DNA from: a virus | Virus record (IMG/VR): IMGVR_UViG_3300022602_002157 | Location: 1 to 64,000 of that record | Direction: 5' to 3' (one strand) | Length of the DNA stretch: 64,000 nucleotides | In this document: in pieces, positions 44,869 through 54,378 of the stretch | Layout of the letters: every line of letters starts with the position of its first letter | How positions within the stretch are numbered: position 1 is the stretch's first letter | The notes under the pieces: model-generated | The model's database searches: none | Seen by the model: only the letters and a program-made list of their open reading frames with translations | Told to the model about the DNA's origin: nothing | Position numbers and translations under genes: made by a program

Positions 44869-47512
44869 CGCACAAACTGTTAGTGTAAATAGTACCAGTG
44901 GTCAAGTAGATACTGCTGGTACTGTAGCAAGTTCAGGTAATGTGCTAAACCTAGGTGGTGGATTACCATGGGATAATACTGTAACAGGACAAGCAGGTGG
45001 TCTTAGCGGTGGTTGGACTCCTGCGTATAATCCCAATACTGGCAATATCATTTTTGGTTATAACAATCAAACAGTAAGTCAAACAGTTGCAATCAATCAA
45101 GCACTATCTAAAGCAGGTACAGGTATACAACTATCAGGATATAGTTATTCATGGGGTATCAACAACGACTTGAACAATGGTAGTGGTAACAGAGGCACAC
45201 TAACCGGCAATGTTAGTTTAAATAATCCAAATGGGTATTCATTAGAAAGTTACAACTATGATTATAGTGGTGTAAACACAGGTGGAAACTTTCAAACATT
45301 TAACGGTACGCAAATGTTTTCTAATCAATATCAACTATCTCAAGTGTCTTCAATTACAGTAAGTTTTACAGGTCATGATCAAAACTGGTGGGCTGGTTAT
45401 TGGGGCCCTAGAGTTCACGTTAATGATTTTAGTTTATTGTATAGTGTAAACCCTTGTACTACTAATCCTGCATATAGTCCTAGTTGTTCAGGTTTTAGTA
45501 AGATTGTTACCAGTGATAACTTATTACCAAATCCAAATCTAGTAGTTAGCGGTGATGCTGTAGGATACAATAGTTTTGCAGTTAATACTGCACTTAAAAA
45601 TAGTGGTTCAGGTGTTGAAGTTTACGGATTTAATTATGGTTACAATTATAGTTTAGGCAACGGCACATATGGATGTACTGCTACTAACCAAGATGGTTCT
45701 TGCAGTTGGTATATGACAACTAATCCATCTGCACAGGTAAAAGTACGATTAACAGATAGTTCTAATAATCAAATTTATCTAGCAGGACAAAATTGGTCAA
45801 CACCGAATACTGCGGCAAATGTGTCATATCAATTTTTACTTCCCAGCACAACAAATTCAACATCATTAGGTACATTTACTATGGGCGCATTGACCTCAGG
45901 TAATGCGGCAGTTCAAAATATGTTTGCTACTGCATTATATAAACCTGATCCATGTGTATCAAATCCATTATCTAGTACAAGTTGTCCTGGTTATGCAGCC
46001 GCGTATGCTCAACAATTAGCATTAAATTCTATTTCATCATCATCTACATCATCAGGTAATAGTAATGCTAACACAGCACAGACTGTGGCAAATCAAGCAC
46101 AGCAGGCTGCACAGCCTGCTCCCGCACCGGCAAATCCTGCACCACAACCTGCTCCTCAACCACAACAGCAACAAAGTGATCCAACTCAACAGGCAGCGGC
46201 ACCTGCAACACAATCACAACCTGCTCCTCAACAACAACAGCAACAAGCACAGAACTCTGGGCAACAACAAGCACAACCTGCAGGTCAAGTTCAAGTTGTG
46301 CAAACAAGTGATCCCAAAGCAAATTTACCAGCCGCACCACAACAGGCTGCAAATCAACCAGGAGCACCTAGTGCTGGCACACAACCAGTTGCGCAAGCAG
46401 GACAGCCTCAACAATCTGCACCAAAAGCAGGTGGTCCAAGTAATTTGTCTACAGCATTAAGTACAATTGCTAAAAACCAAGAACAACAAAAACAAATTGA
46501 AACTACCACTGTACAAGCGTCAATTGCGCAAGCAAATCAAGCAAGTGCAACTGCACAACAAACTGCACTAAATGTTGTAAGTGCTGTTAATAATTCAGTT
46601 GCCGCAAGTTCTGCCCAATCAGTATCAACTGCAAACGCTGTTGCTACCACTTCAGTTGCTAGTGGTTCTTCAAGTACTTCAAGTTATAATAGTAACTCAC
46701 AAATGAGTATTCAAACAGGTGTTACTAGTTCAACTCAATCAGTATTAAGCGCATCACAAGCATTAGCAAGTTCAAGTAGCACTAGAACTTCTACAACTAA
46801 TCAAAATAACATAGTAAGTACAAATGTTACTCAAACTACACAAACTACTAGTGTGTTTGCTCCTACAACTACACAAGTTACATCTACAAGTAATGCAACA
46901 AATACCAATACAAACATTCAAGCAAGTAATCCAGTTGCTAATGTTCAACAAACTCAAACTGTAGCAACTAGTACTTCAACGTTACCAACTAATAATACAC
47001 CTACTGTGCAAAATAGTTTACAGCAAAATCAAAATGCAGGTGCTGTTGCGATTCAAACACCTCAACAGCAATCTACAATGGTAGCAAGTGTTCAACAATC
47101 TTCATTATATTCACTAACACCAAACACTACTTTTGGTACAACAGTAGAAACAATCAATAATAACAATGTTAATCTATTGAGTAGAACAAGTCCTATTGCT
47201 GAGGCAATAAATAAAGCACCAACAATAGATACAAATACCAAAACTGAAACAGCAAATAATCAACCTGCTGTTAATCAGAAAGTAGAACAGAATGAATTAG
47301 CAGGTAAAGTAGAACTTGCTAAAATGGCAATTGCCCCTACTAACTATGGAAGTTACTTAAACTTCACATTAAAGGATGCGGCATTCTATGCGCCAAAAGA
47401 AATTTATAGAAATCAATCTACGGTTGATAATAGCAGAGCGTTAAGGAAGTTAAGTTCAGACAGTTTATTTGAAAAAATGGTCGAACTACAATACAAGGAG
47501 AGTAAACAATGA
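44813..47512 (+). CDS. Large secreted protein with two beta-rich domains and a Gln/Pro/Ser/Thr low-complexity stalk
   Basis: Signal peptide MKKWALALCL..SNA; duplicated (A)INQAL...GxxYxW/Y modules each ending in (D/N)PCxxNPxxSxxCxG. Confidence 0.7.
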   Translation: MKKWALALCLVLLSSNFSNAQTVSVNSTSGQVDTAGTVASSGNVLNLGGGLPWDNTVTGQAGGLSGGWTPAYNPNTGNIIFGYNNQTVSQTVAINQALSKAGTGIQLSGYSYSWGINNDLNNGSGNRGTLTGNVSLNNPNGYSLESYNYDYSGVNTGGNFQTFNGTQMFSNQYQLSQVSSITVSFTGHDQNWWAGYWGPRVHVNDFSLLYSVNPCTTNPAYSPSCSGFSKIVTSDNLLPNPNLVVSGDAVGYNSFAVNTALKNSGSGVEVYGFNYGYNYSLGNGTYGCTATNQDGSCSWYMTTNPSAQVKVRLTDSSNNQIYLAGQNWSTPNTAANVSYQFLLPSTTNSTSLGTFTMGALTSGNAAVQNMFATALYKPDPCVSNPLSSTSCPGYAAAYAQQLALNSISSSSTSSGNSNANTAQTVANQAQQAAQPAPAPANPAPQPAPQPQQQQSDPTQQAAAPATQSQPAPQQQQQQAQNSGQQQAQPAGQVQVVQTSDPKANLPAAPQQAANQPGAPSAGTQPVAQAGQPQQSAPKAGGPSNLSTALSTIAKNQEQQKQIETTTVQASIAQANQASATAQQTALNVVSAVNNSVAASSAQSVSTANAVATTSVASGSSSTSSYNSNSQMSIQTGVTSSTQSVLSASQALASSSSTRTSTTNQNNIVSTNVTQTTQTTSVFAPTTTQVTSTSNATNTNTNIQASNPVANVQQTQTVATSTSTLPTNNTPTVQNSLQQNQNAGAVAIQTPQQQSTMVASVQQSSLYSLTPNTTFGTTVETINNNNVNLLSRTSPIAEAINKAPTIDTNTKTETANNQPAVNQKVEQNELAGKVELAKMAIAPTNYGSYLNFTLKDAAFYAPKEIYRNQSTVDNSRALRKLSSDSLFEKMVELQYKESKQ

Positions 47513-48075
47513 CAGAAGAAATTAAAAGTGTTGATGAAAAAATCGACCAAGTAGAAGACGCAGTAAAGAAGTATGCGAGTAAAGATACAGTTATTAGCAT
47601 TGGTGGGTATGAATTTACACCAGCAAAACTAATGGTTGCATTCACAATTGCATCTTCAATACTAGGTGGACTTTATGGTTGCTTTGAAGTGTATAAAGAC
47701 TATCAAAGTATGAGATACAAAATTGACCATTACGTTGCACCAGACTTGTCAGAATTTGACAAGCGTTTAGCAGTACTAGAAAAGAATAGCCAACAGGCTA
47801 CTGACTATACTTCAGAAATCAAGACAGATTTGAAAAACGATATCCGTCGTTTGGATACTGTTGTTGATGATGTTGAACGTAATGCTAAACAAAGCCAACG
47901 TGAAACTGATGCCCAAGTAAGAGATATGCGTACCGAAATGCGTAGTATCCATACTGATGTTGATGCTACACTAAAAGCCAATACTAAAGAAACTCAAGCC
48001 CAAATGAAAGAGTTGAAAGCAGAATTGGATAGTAAAATCAAAAAGGCATTGGATAACCCATTAGCAAACAAGTAA
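47509..48075 (+). CDS. Single-pass membrane coiled-coil protein
   Basis: TM LMVAFTIASSILGGLYGCF followed by a long coiled coil. Confidence 0.65.
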   Translation: MTEEIKSVDEKIDQVEDAVKKYASKDTVISIGGYEFTPAKLMVAFTIASSILGGLYGCFEVYKDYQSMRYKIDHYVAPDLSEFDKRLAVLEKNSQQATDYTSEIKTDLKNDIRRLDTVVDDVERNAKQSQRETDAQVRDMRTEMRSIHTDVDATLKANTKETQAQMKELKAELDSKIKKALDNPLANK

Positions 48076-48167
48076 TGCAATAACTATTAATTTTATTGTC
48101 ATGTTTGACATGCTAAATATTATTAGTGTTGTCTCAAAAACAACACGTTAACTTAAAAAGGAAAATT

Positions 48168-48722
48168 ATGAAAAACTTAGTAACAGCGTTAGTATTGGCA
48201 GTAGCGATTCCTACAATGGCACTCGCAGGTGAAGTATCTGGTGAGTATCGTGCAGGAACAAATTCAGGCCCAACTGGATACGACTTTCAGGCAGCAGGTT
48301 CTATAGGCAAGATCAATTTGGGTGCAGAAGTTGAATCAATTCAACCTAAGCATGAAGGTGCAGTTGCCGATTTGTTCGCAGTTAAAGCCGGTCCTCAATT
48401 ACCAGAAGTCGCTGGATTCAAGCCAGTCGCTAATTTGCAATTGGGTCGTAGCGAAACAACAGGTAAGGACTTTGATTTCTACGGTGTAGATTTAGGAGTT
48501 TCACACTCTGTATTTGGTCCAGTATCAGCATCAGTTGAATATCGCCGTCGTCAAGGCTTTAAGGCTGAAAACTTAAAGCAAGACCGTTTAAGCGCAGGCT
48601 TAGAAATGGCTTTCAACAAGAAGACTGCTTTAACAGCAACTTACTACCGTGATCGTAACGATCTAGTTGCTACAAATAAAGATAGCAACGTAATCGGTGT
48701 TGGTTTAAAGCATAGTTTCTAA
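48168..48722 (+). CDS. Outer-membrane beta-barrel (porin-like) protein
   Basis: Signal peptide, alternating amphipathic strands, C-terminal BAM-type signal VIGVGLKHSF. Confidence 0.8.
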   Translation: MKNLVTALVLAVAIPTMALAGEVSGEYRAGTNSGPTGYDFQAAGSIGKINLGAEVESIQPKHEGAVADLFAVKAGPQLPEVAGFKPVANLQLGRSETTGKDFDFYGVDLGVSHSVFGPVSASVEYRRRQGFKAENLKQDRLSAGLEMAFNKKTALTATYYRDRNDLVATNKDSNVIGVGLKHSF

Positions 48723-48724
48723 TA

Positions 48725-49462
48725 TTAGAGTTTCGTATATACGAAATATAGTCTATTATTAGCATCTTTCTTGAATTCGTCAAGCGATAAATTAAATTTC
48801 TTGGCGAATTCATGTGCTACTTCAAAAGACCAAGCAAAAACGTCAACCCAGGGACCTTTCACATGTTGAATCCCTGGGTTTACTCTAAAGAACATCTTTC
48901 CATTAGCCGCTAACATTTTCACACAGTTAGCAATTCTTGCTTCAATATCTTGTTTGCTATTAAAATTAATTGACCCAAGGGCAATAATAGCATCATAACT
49001 TTCATCTACTGCTGAAAATTCCAAAATATCAACCATATAATCTGCGCAGTTATTGTATGGATCAATACCAATAAGATTATTGATTCTGCCCTTAAATTGA
49101 TTATATCCACATCCAACATCTAGTACAGCCCTAGGATTAAGTCTATTGACTTCTTCAACTAGTTGCCATCCTGTATAACCATATATTTCAGTTTGCGGTT
49201 TCCAAATTTCTCCAAAGAACATTCCTGAATACTTGATATCTAAGTCATTAACGATTTGTTCTACAGTACCAGCATCAATATTAAAAGGTACACTAAGTGT
49301 GTTTTCTAATTTATTTTTTAATTTTGTAAGTCTAGCAGGTGTCAATGGTAACGCATTAACTACTGTGTTTTTACACAATTGGTTACGAATTTCGTCATAC
49401 TTAGGTAAATTCAACGCCTCTGTCAAATTTTCCATTACAAGTTTATAAATTTTGTTGTTCAT
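48725..49462 (-). CDS. Class I SAM-dependent methyltransferase with acyl-carrier-like N-terminal domain
   Basis: VLDVGCGYN, IGIDP, YDAIIALGSINF; GAGG RBS and TAAATA on the - strand. Confidence 0.75.
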   Translation of the reverse strand: MNNKIYKLVMENLTEALNLPKYDEIRNQLCKNTVVNALPLTPARLTKLKNKLENTLSVPFNIDAGTVEQIVNDLDIKYSGMFFGEIWKPQTEIYGYTGWQLVEEVNRLNPRAVLDVGCGYNQFKGRINNLIGIDPYNNCADYMVDILEFSAVDESYDAIIALGSINFNSKQDIEARIANCVKMLAANGKMFFRVNPGIQHVKGPWVDVFAWSFEVAHEFAKKFNLSLDEFKKDANNRLYFVYTKL

Positions 49463-49561
49463 TGGAATTTCCTCTATTTAATGATAAATATTTCATGTGA
49501 TATGAATTTTCATTAAATACTTATCACATACATGCATGATTCAATAAAAAGGAGAATACTC

Positions 49562-50260
49562 ATGAGTTCAGCAAAAGAATTTGTTGCGAAAATCGTAGCA
49601 GACAACCAAGCACTTTTCGAAGCATCAAAGATTAATGTCAAGGCTTACTTTGACAGCAATCCTAGCCAAGAAGCGTTAGTTGAGCATTTCGTTGGCCGTA
49701 TGGTTAACGAGCGTATGAACATGGTAGAAATCAGCAAAGCAATTGCTGATATGCCTGCAAACGCAGACCCAGTAGAGTTACAATTGTTAACTCAACAAGC
49801 ACATGATGAAGCAGTACACTTCCGTTTAGTTAAGGAAGTTATTGAACACATCACTGGTTCAGAATTAGACGTTGAAGCCGCAATCGCTGCCGAGGCTGCA
49901 AAGCCAACAGCAAAAGGTGCTGGTCTTCTTGCTAAGTATGAAGCAGAAACAGATGCAGCCGCATTAGCAGCCTATCAATTAGTTGCTGAAGGTCGTGCTG
50001 AAGCCGTTTGGAATCAAATGGCAGAATGCATTTCTGATGAATTCATCAGTGGCGCATATGCTAAGATTGCTAAGGACGAAGGTTTCCACAGCAAGATTGG
50101 CGCACGTAAATTAGAAACTTTAGTATCAGACGAAGCAACACAAGTTCGTATTGAGAAGTTAGTTGCTAATATGCGTAAAGACTTATTCGAAATTAGTTGC
50201 AAGAACACAATGGAAGTTCCAGCTGCTAAAGAATTAGTTTCAGCCGCTTACGGATGGTAA
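49562..50260 (+). CDS. Ferritin-like diiron-carboxylate protein
   Basis: VNERMN, DEAVH, AEGRAE, DEGFH (two ExxH); AGGAG RBS. Confidence 0.8.
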   Translation: MSSAKEFVAKIVADNQALFEASKINVKAYFDSNPSQEALVEHFVGRMVNERMNMVEISKAIADMPANADPVELQLLTQQAHDEAVHFRLVKEVIEHITGSELDVEAAIAAEAAKPTAKGAGLLAKYEAETDAAALAAYQLVAEGRAEAVWNQMAECISDEFISGAYAKIAKDEGFHSKIGARKLETLVSDEATQVRIEKLVANMRKDLFEISCKNTMEVPAAKELVSAAYGW

Positions 50261-50261
50261 T

Positions 50262-50813
50262 TTGAAAATAGGATTAAGTCAACGAATCCTATTTCATAAA
50301 GGGAGGGCGTATGATTGTATAGAACATGGTTGGTACAACCTGTTAAGCGATCATACGCTTTTCTATTTGCCTAATAGATTAGATCAGGATTTTGATAGTA
50401 TAGCAGACAACTTGGATGCGTTCATTATCACAGGTGGTGATGACAGCACACTAAGACGTACAGTTGAGATTAAGTTAGCAACTAAAGTTATGCAACGTAA
50501 TAAACCAGTGATTGGAGTATGCCATGGTGCATTTTTAATTACTGATTTATTAGGTGGTGTAGTAGAAGAAGTTGAACATCACATGGATACTACTCATTTT
50601 GTAATGTACAATGGTGATGTAGTAGATGTGAATAGTTATCACAACTTAGCAATTAAAAAATTACATAATAGCGGTACAGCATTATGTATAGATGAATCGG
50701 GAAACATAGAATCATTTATCGATGGCAAATTAGCAGGTATAGTATGGCACCCAGAAAGAATGAAGACACCGTGGATGCCTAATGAAATTAAACAATTGAT
50801 TGGAGTAAAATAA
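50262..50813 (+). CDS. Class I glutamine amidotransferase / peptidase C26 (gamma-glutamyl hydrolase-like)
   Basis: ITGGDD, GVCHG nucleophile, VNSYH, WHPE. Confidence 0.88.
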   Translation: MKIGLSQRILFHKGRAYDCIEHGWYNLLSDHTLFYLPNRLDQDFDSIADNLDAFIITGGDDSTLRRTVEIKLATKVMQRNKPVIGVCHGAFLITDLLGGVVEEVEHHMDTTHFVMYNGDVVDVNSYHNLAIKKLHNSGTALCIDESGNIESFIDGKLAGIVWHPERMKTPWMPNEIKQLIGVK

Positions 50814-50814
50814 A

Positions 50815-51480
50815 ATGATGCGAAATGTTAAAGGTGTTTTTAACACAAGCGATAGATGGCCATTAAAACTCACCAAAGTTGAAAGTAATGAATCTAAAAA
50901 GATGGATAAAACGCCCGGTACATATTATGTACTTACACGTAATGCTGACTTGATCGGAGACAATGTAAAGTTTGAAAAAGTTAACGGGGCATTTTGTTTT
51001 AATCATCATTTTACTGTTAGATGCGGGCCGCAATCATCTGCTGTCATCATTGAATATTTAGGATTACATTTAGAAGAAAGCAGATATTATGTACAGCAAG
51101 ATTTGGGTATAGGAAACTTAAGTTATATGGATGGTGGTACAAACACAACTGCTGTTAATCCAGGTCGTTTAGGAGATCCAGTAGTTAACTATGTACACTT
51201 TCCTGCAAACATGTACCAAACATTGCATACACATCCAAGCCATAGAATTGGGATGATATTAAAAGGCAATGGTAAAATCGAATTAGATAACGAAGAATAC
51301 TTTGACGTAAATGAGGGTGAAGTATTTTTTATGCAAAGAAACGTATTACACAATTTTATCACAGAAGACGAACCTGTAGTATTATATGTGTTTGCTCCTG
51401 ACAGTGGTACAGGTCCTACCGATGAAGTCAATCCATTAAAGATCAGAACTTACGTTGGACAACAACGATATACAAGATGA
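50815..51480 (+). CDS. Cupin-domain protein
   Basis: QTLHTHPSHRIG...NVLHNF. Confidence 0.8.
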   Translation: MMRNVKGVFNTSDRWPLKLTKVESNESKKMDKTPGTYYVLTRNADLIGDNVKFEKVNGAFCFNHHFTVRCGPQSSAVIIEYLGLHLEESRYYVQQDLGIGNLSYMDGGTNTTAVNPGRLGDPVVNYVHFPANMYQTLHTHPSHRIGMILKGNGKIELDNEEYFDVNEGEVFFMQRNVLHNFITEDEPVVLYVFAPDSGTGPTDEVNPLKIRTYVGQQRYTR

Positions 51481-52181
51481 ACTTTGATGCAGACAACTTT
51501 GTTATAGTTGCATTTCCTAGATACGCAGGTGGAAAATTTTTAATCAACTGTTTAGGTCTTAGTGATGATGCAGTATTACAAGATAAATCATTGGCAGAAA
51601 AACAATTAAATGGTAATTTTTCACATGATGATAAAATCAATTATATACTCATCAAATTATCTAATGAAGCAGATTATAAAAATCAAAAAAACTGGATGGA
51701 TTTAGATTTAGGATGTGATCTTTTGCTAGGGCATCATGAAACTTGGTATGAAAAAAAAGAACCTATACAATATTTTGATATAGTTAATACATTATCAAAT
51801 AGAAGTGAAAAATTTTTTATTGTTGCACATAAGTCATACAATGTTGCAAACATAATTAAAATTTGGAAAAATGCCAAAATAATATTTTTTACCAATACAT
51901 TACATTTTAGACATTTACGAATAGGTATGGATAACCATTCAGTTCTTGACCCTAAATGGGAAACTAAATGCAAACAATTAATTAAAGAAGAAAATTTTAA
52001 AAACCTGTATTACTTTGACACTAATAATTATTTTAGTGAAGAGAAAACAGTTAATGGTGTAAAAGAATTATACCAACAATTAAATTTAAAAGGGTTTAAT
52101 GAAACATCGATTTCACTATATTATAAAGAATGGATTAAAAAATGTCTGCCATTGGAACTAGTAAAACTAAAAAACTCTTGA
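51477..52181 (+). CDS. Hypothetical protein (distant sulfotransferase/P-loop-like)
   Basis: FPRYAGGKFL N-terminal loop; very AT-rich. Confidence 0.45.
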   Translation: MNFDADNFVIVAFPRYAGGKFLINCLGLSDDAVLQDKSLAEKQLNGNFSHDDKINYILIKLSNEADYKNQKNWMDLDLGCDLLLGHHETWYEKKEPIQYFDIVNTLSNRSEKFFIVAHKSYNVANIIKIWKNAKIIFFTNTLHFRHLRIGMDNHSVLDPKWETKCKQLIKEENFKNLYYFDTNNYFSEEKTVNGVKELYQQLNLKGFNETSISLYYKEWIKKCLPLELVKLKNS

Positions 52182-52816
52182 TTATTACAGGTCCCCAAGG
52201 ATCAGGTAATCATTTATTCAGTAGACTATTAAGTTTACACCCGGATGTAAGTGGATGGGAAGAATTGCTTGACAAATATTGGGTACCGAGTGATCAAGAA
52301 CCCTTCGCTGAATATTGGGTAAATTCAGATAAGTTAACTATTGATCAATTTAAAGACAAAGACTTTCATTTAGCAAACGTAAGTTGTCCATTCTTTTTCG
52401 ATGGCGTAAGATATGTACCTGATATCATTGGAGTTGCCAATAAAGCAAAAAGTTTGGGCATTGATGTCACTATTGCTATTATTGTTAGAGACAAGAATAT
52501 TAATAGCGAACAACAACTGCGTGTTAGAAAACAAGTAACATTACCTATCGCACAAGACTATTATTACAACACCTTATTAACTAGTGATTTTAATGTTCAC
52601 TTTTTAGACCATGAGGCATTCTTTTTGCATAAACAACATTACTTGAAATATGTTGCACGTATTTTAGATTTCCCTGTTGCGTGGGATGATCCAAACATTA
52701 TGAAATTTATAGACCAAGATGCAAACAGTAAATACGTAAAATACGTGGAAGAATATTGGCTCGATGAACAAGTGTTAAAAGGTTGTGAGCCTAAAGCGTT
52801 TAGGGAGCAAAAATGA
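52142..52816 (+). CDS. P-loop sulfotransferase/kinase-like protein
   Basis: IITGPQGSGNHLFSRLLSLHP, IIVRD. Confidence 0.6.
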   Translation: MSAIGTSKTKKLLIITGPQGSGNHLFSRLLSLHPDVSGWEELLDKYWVPSDQEPFAEYWVNSDKLTIDQFKDKDFHLANVSCPFFFDGVRYVPDIIGVANKAKSLGIDVTIAIIVRDKNINSEQQLRVRKQVTLPIAQDYYYNTLLTSDFNVHFLDHEAFFLHKQHYLKYVARILDFPVAWDDPNIMKFIDQDANSKYVKYVEEYWLDEQVLKGCEPKAFREQK

Positions 52817-53046
52817 AATTCTATGAAACTAAAAAACGAAGTTTTGTTAAGGGTGTTAGTTGGAAAATCATAGGTGGTTTAATCACTGCTTTTATCGTTT
52901 ATCAATTAGCAAAACTAGGATATGATGCAGCCAAGACAGCAACAATAGTTTTAATCTGTCAGTTTAGTGTCAATGTTGTAGCATTCTTTATACATGACCG
53001 CGTATGGAATAAATTTATGTGGGGTAGAGAGGTAATAGAAGAATGA
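52813..53046 (+). CDS. DUF2061-like small membrane protein
   Basis: ETKKRSFVKGVSWK...FFIHDRVWNKFMWG. Confidence 0.75.
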   Translation: MKFYETKKRSFVKGVSWKIIGGLITAFIVYQLAKLGYDAAKTATIVLICQFSVNVVAFFIHDRVWNKFMWGREVIEE

Positions 53047-53669
53047 AATATATTTTTGTAGCAGGTGCTCCTGGCAGTAAATGGAGCAGTGTTTGTAAAA
53101 ACATTTATTATAGTGATAGCATTGATAGATCAGATTACAGTAATGAAAGAACTTACTACCATGACGCATCAGGCGTAAGAGACTTAATGCACATGGGTGC
53201 ATACTTTGATCCGGGTATGGAGTTCGGAGACTTCTTCGGGGAACTCAATAAATATAGCAAAGAGGATTGTGAAGCAGAATTTGACAGGCCCTTTACAGGG
53301 GAAGGAGTTAGAATTGTCAAGAGCCACGTATTTGCACATCATATTGGATATCTTAAAAAAAATTGGCCTGATTGCCCTATTGTCCTTGTGCATCGCCCTA
53401 ATGATGCTTGCTTGGGTTGGTGGGTACGTTGTGGACAGTTTACTATAACATATCCTAGTTACAACAGTTATTATAAAGATTTGAGGCATATGGCCAAACA
53501 AATCGATTTACAAAACAAAGATATTAGTGATGCTCTGTATACTCATAGATACAGAGGAGTAAAACTAGTTAACACAAATTTACAATTATGCGATGCATTA
53601 GGAATTAAAAGAACTAAAAAGTATCGCCAAGACTATAGAAAAAACGACATAACAGTGGGTGTATTATGA
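53043..53669 (+). CDS. P-loop sulfotransferase/kinase-like protein
   Basis: FVAGAPGSKWS, IVKSH, VLVHR. Confidence 0.55.
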   Translation: MKYIFVAGAPGSKWSSVCKNIYYSDSIDRSDYSNERTYYHDASGVRDLMHMGAYFDPGMEFGDFFGELNKYSKEDCEAEFDRPFTGEGVRIVKSHVFAHHIGYLKKNWPDCPIVLVHRPNDACLGWWVRCGQFTITYPSYNSYYKDLRHMAKQIDLQNKDISDALYTHRYRGVKLVNTNLQLCDALGIKRTKKYRQDYRKNDITVGVL

Positions 53670-54358
53670 AAAGTAGTTGGGACGAGACAAAAGCAAAAAG
53701 TAAGTATCACTTTGATTCTAAAAAGATAGATCCAAAGTATGACACAGTAACTAAGTTAGGTAACCTAGTAGGTGATTGGTCTAATGAATTAACAGACATT
53801 ATTGCCAATGCTAAGCCTGCAACTTGGGAAACACGTGGCTATAAGGGAAAAGGAAATGACATTCCTTCACAAGATTTAGCCGCAGAAGAATATGATCTAG
53901 AACGCTATGGCATGGATCCTAAAATGACAATAACTCATATGAATTGGGAATTACCTCCTGTGTTACAAAAGATGAGTGATTTGTTTGGATTAGATGATTG
54001 TATGAATCGTATCCATGTGCAGATGCCAGGTGAAGTATGGAATCTACACATTGACAAATTACAGAAGTGGAATCCTGAACATCCCTACTTAGTACATCGT
54101 ATTATGATTCACTTAAATGATTGGGAAATGGGTCATTTTTGGGGATATGGGAATTATATTCATAGTCATTGGAAAGCAGGTGATGTGACTACATTTGATT
54201 GGCAGAACGTTCCACATTGCACAGCAAACGCAGGACATACTCCACGTGTAACACTACAGATTACGGGTGTAGAAACTGAAAAAACTAGAGAGTTTATGAA
54301 TAGATTGCGTAGATATGACAAGTATACTCTTAACCTAAACGACGGTGGTTGGTTCTAA
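53666..54358 (+). CDS. 2OG-Fe(II)/AspH-like oxygenase
   Basis: LHID, WKAGDV, PHCTANAG, RVTLQITG. Confidence 0.7.
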   Translation: MKSSWDETKAKSKYHFDSKKIDPKYDTVTKLGNLVGDWSNELTDIIANAKPATWETRGYKGKGNDIPSQDLAAEEYDLERYGMDPKMTITHMNWELPPVLQKMSDLFGLDDCMNRIHVQMPGEVWNLHIDKLQKWNPEHPYLVHRIMIHLNDWEMGHFWGYGNYIHSHWKAGDVTTFDWQNVPHCTANAGHTPRVTLQITGVETEKTREFMNRLRRYDKYTLNLNDGGWF

Positions 54359-54378
54359 AAGTTAAGATAAATATATTA

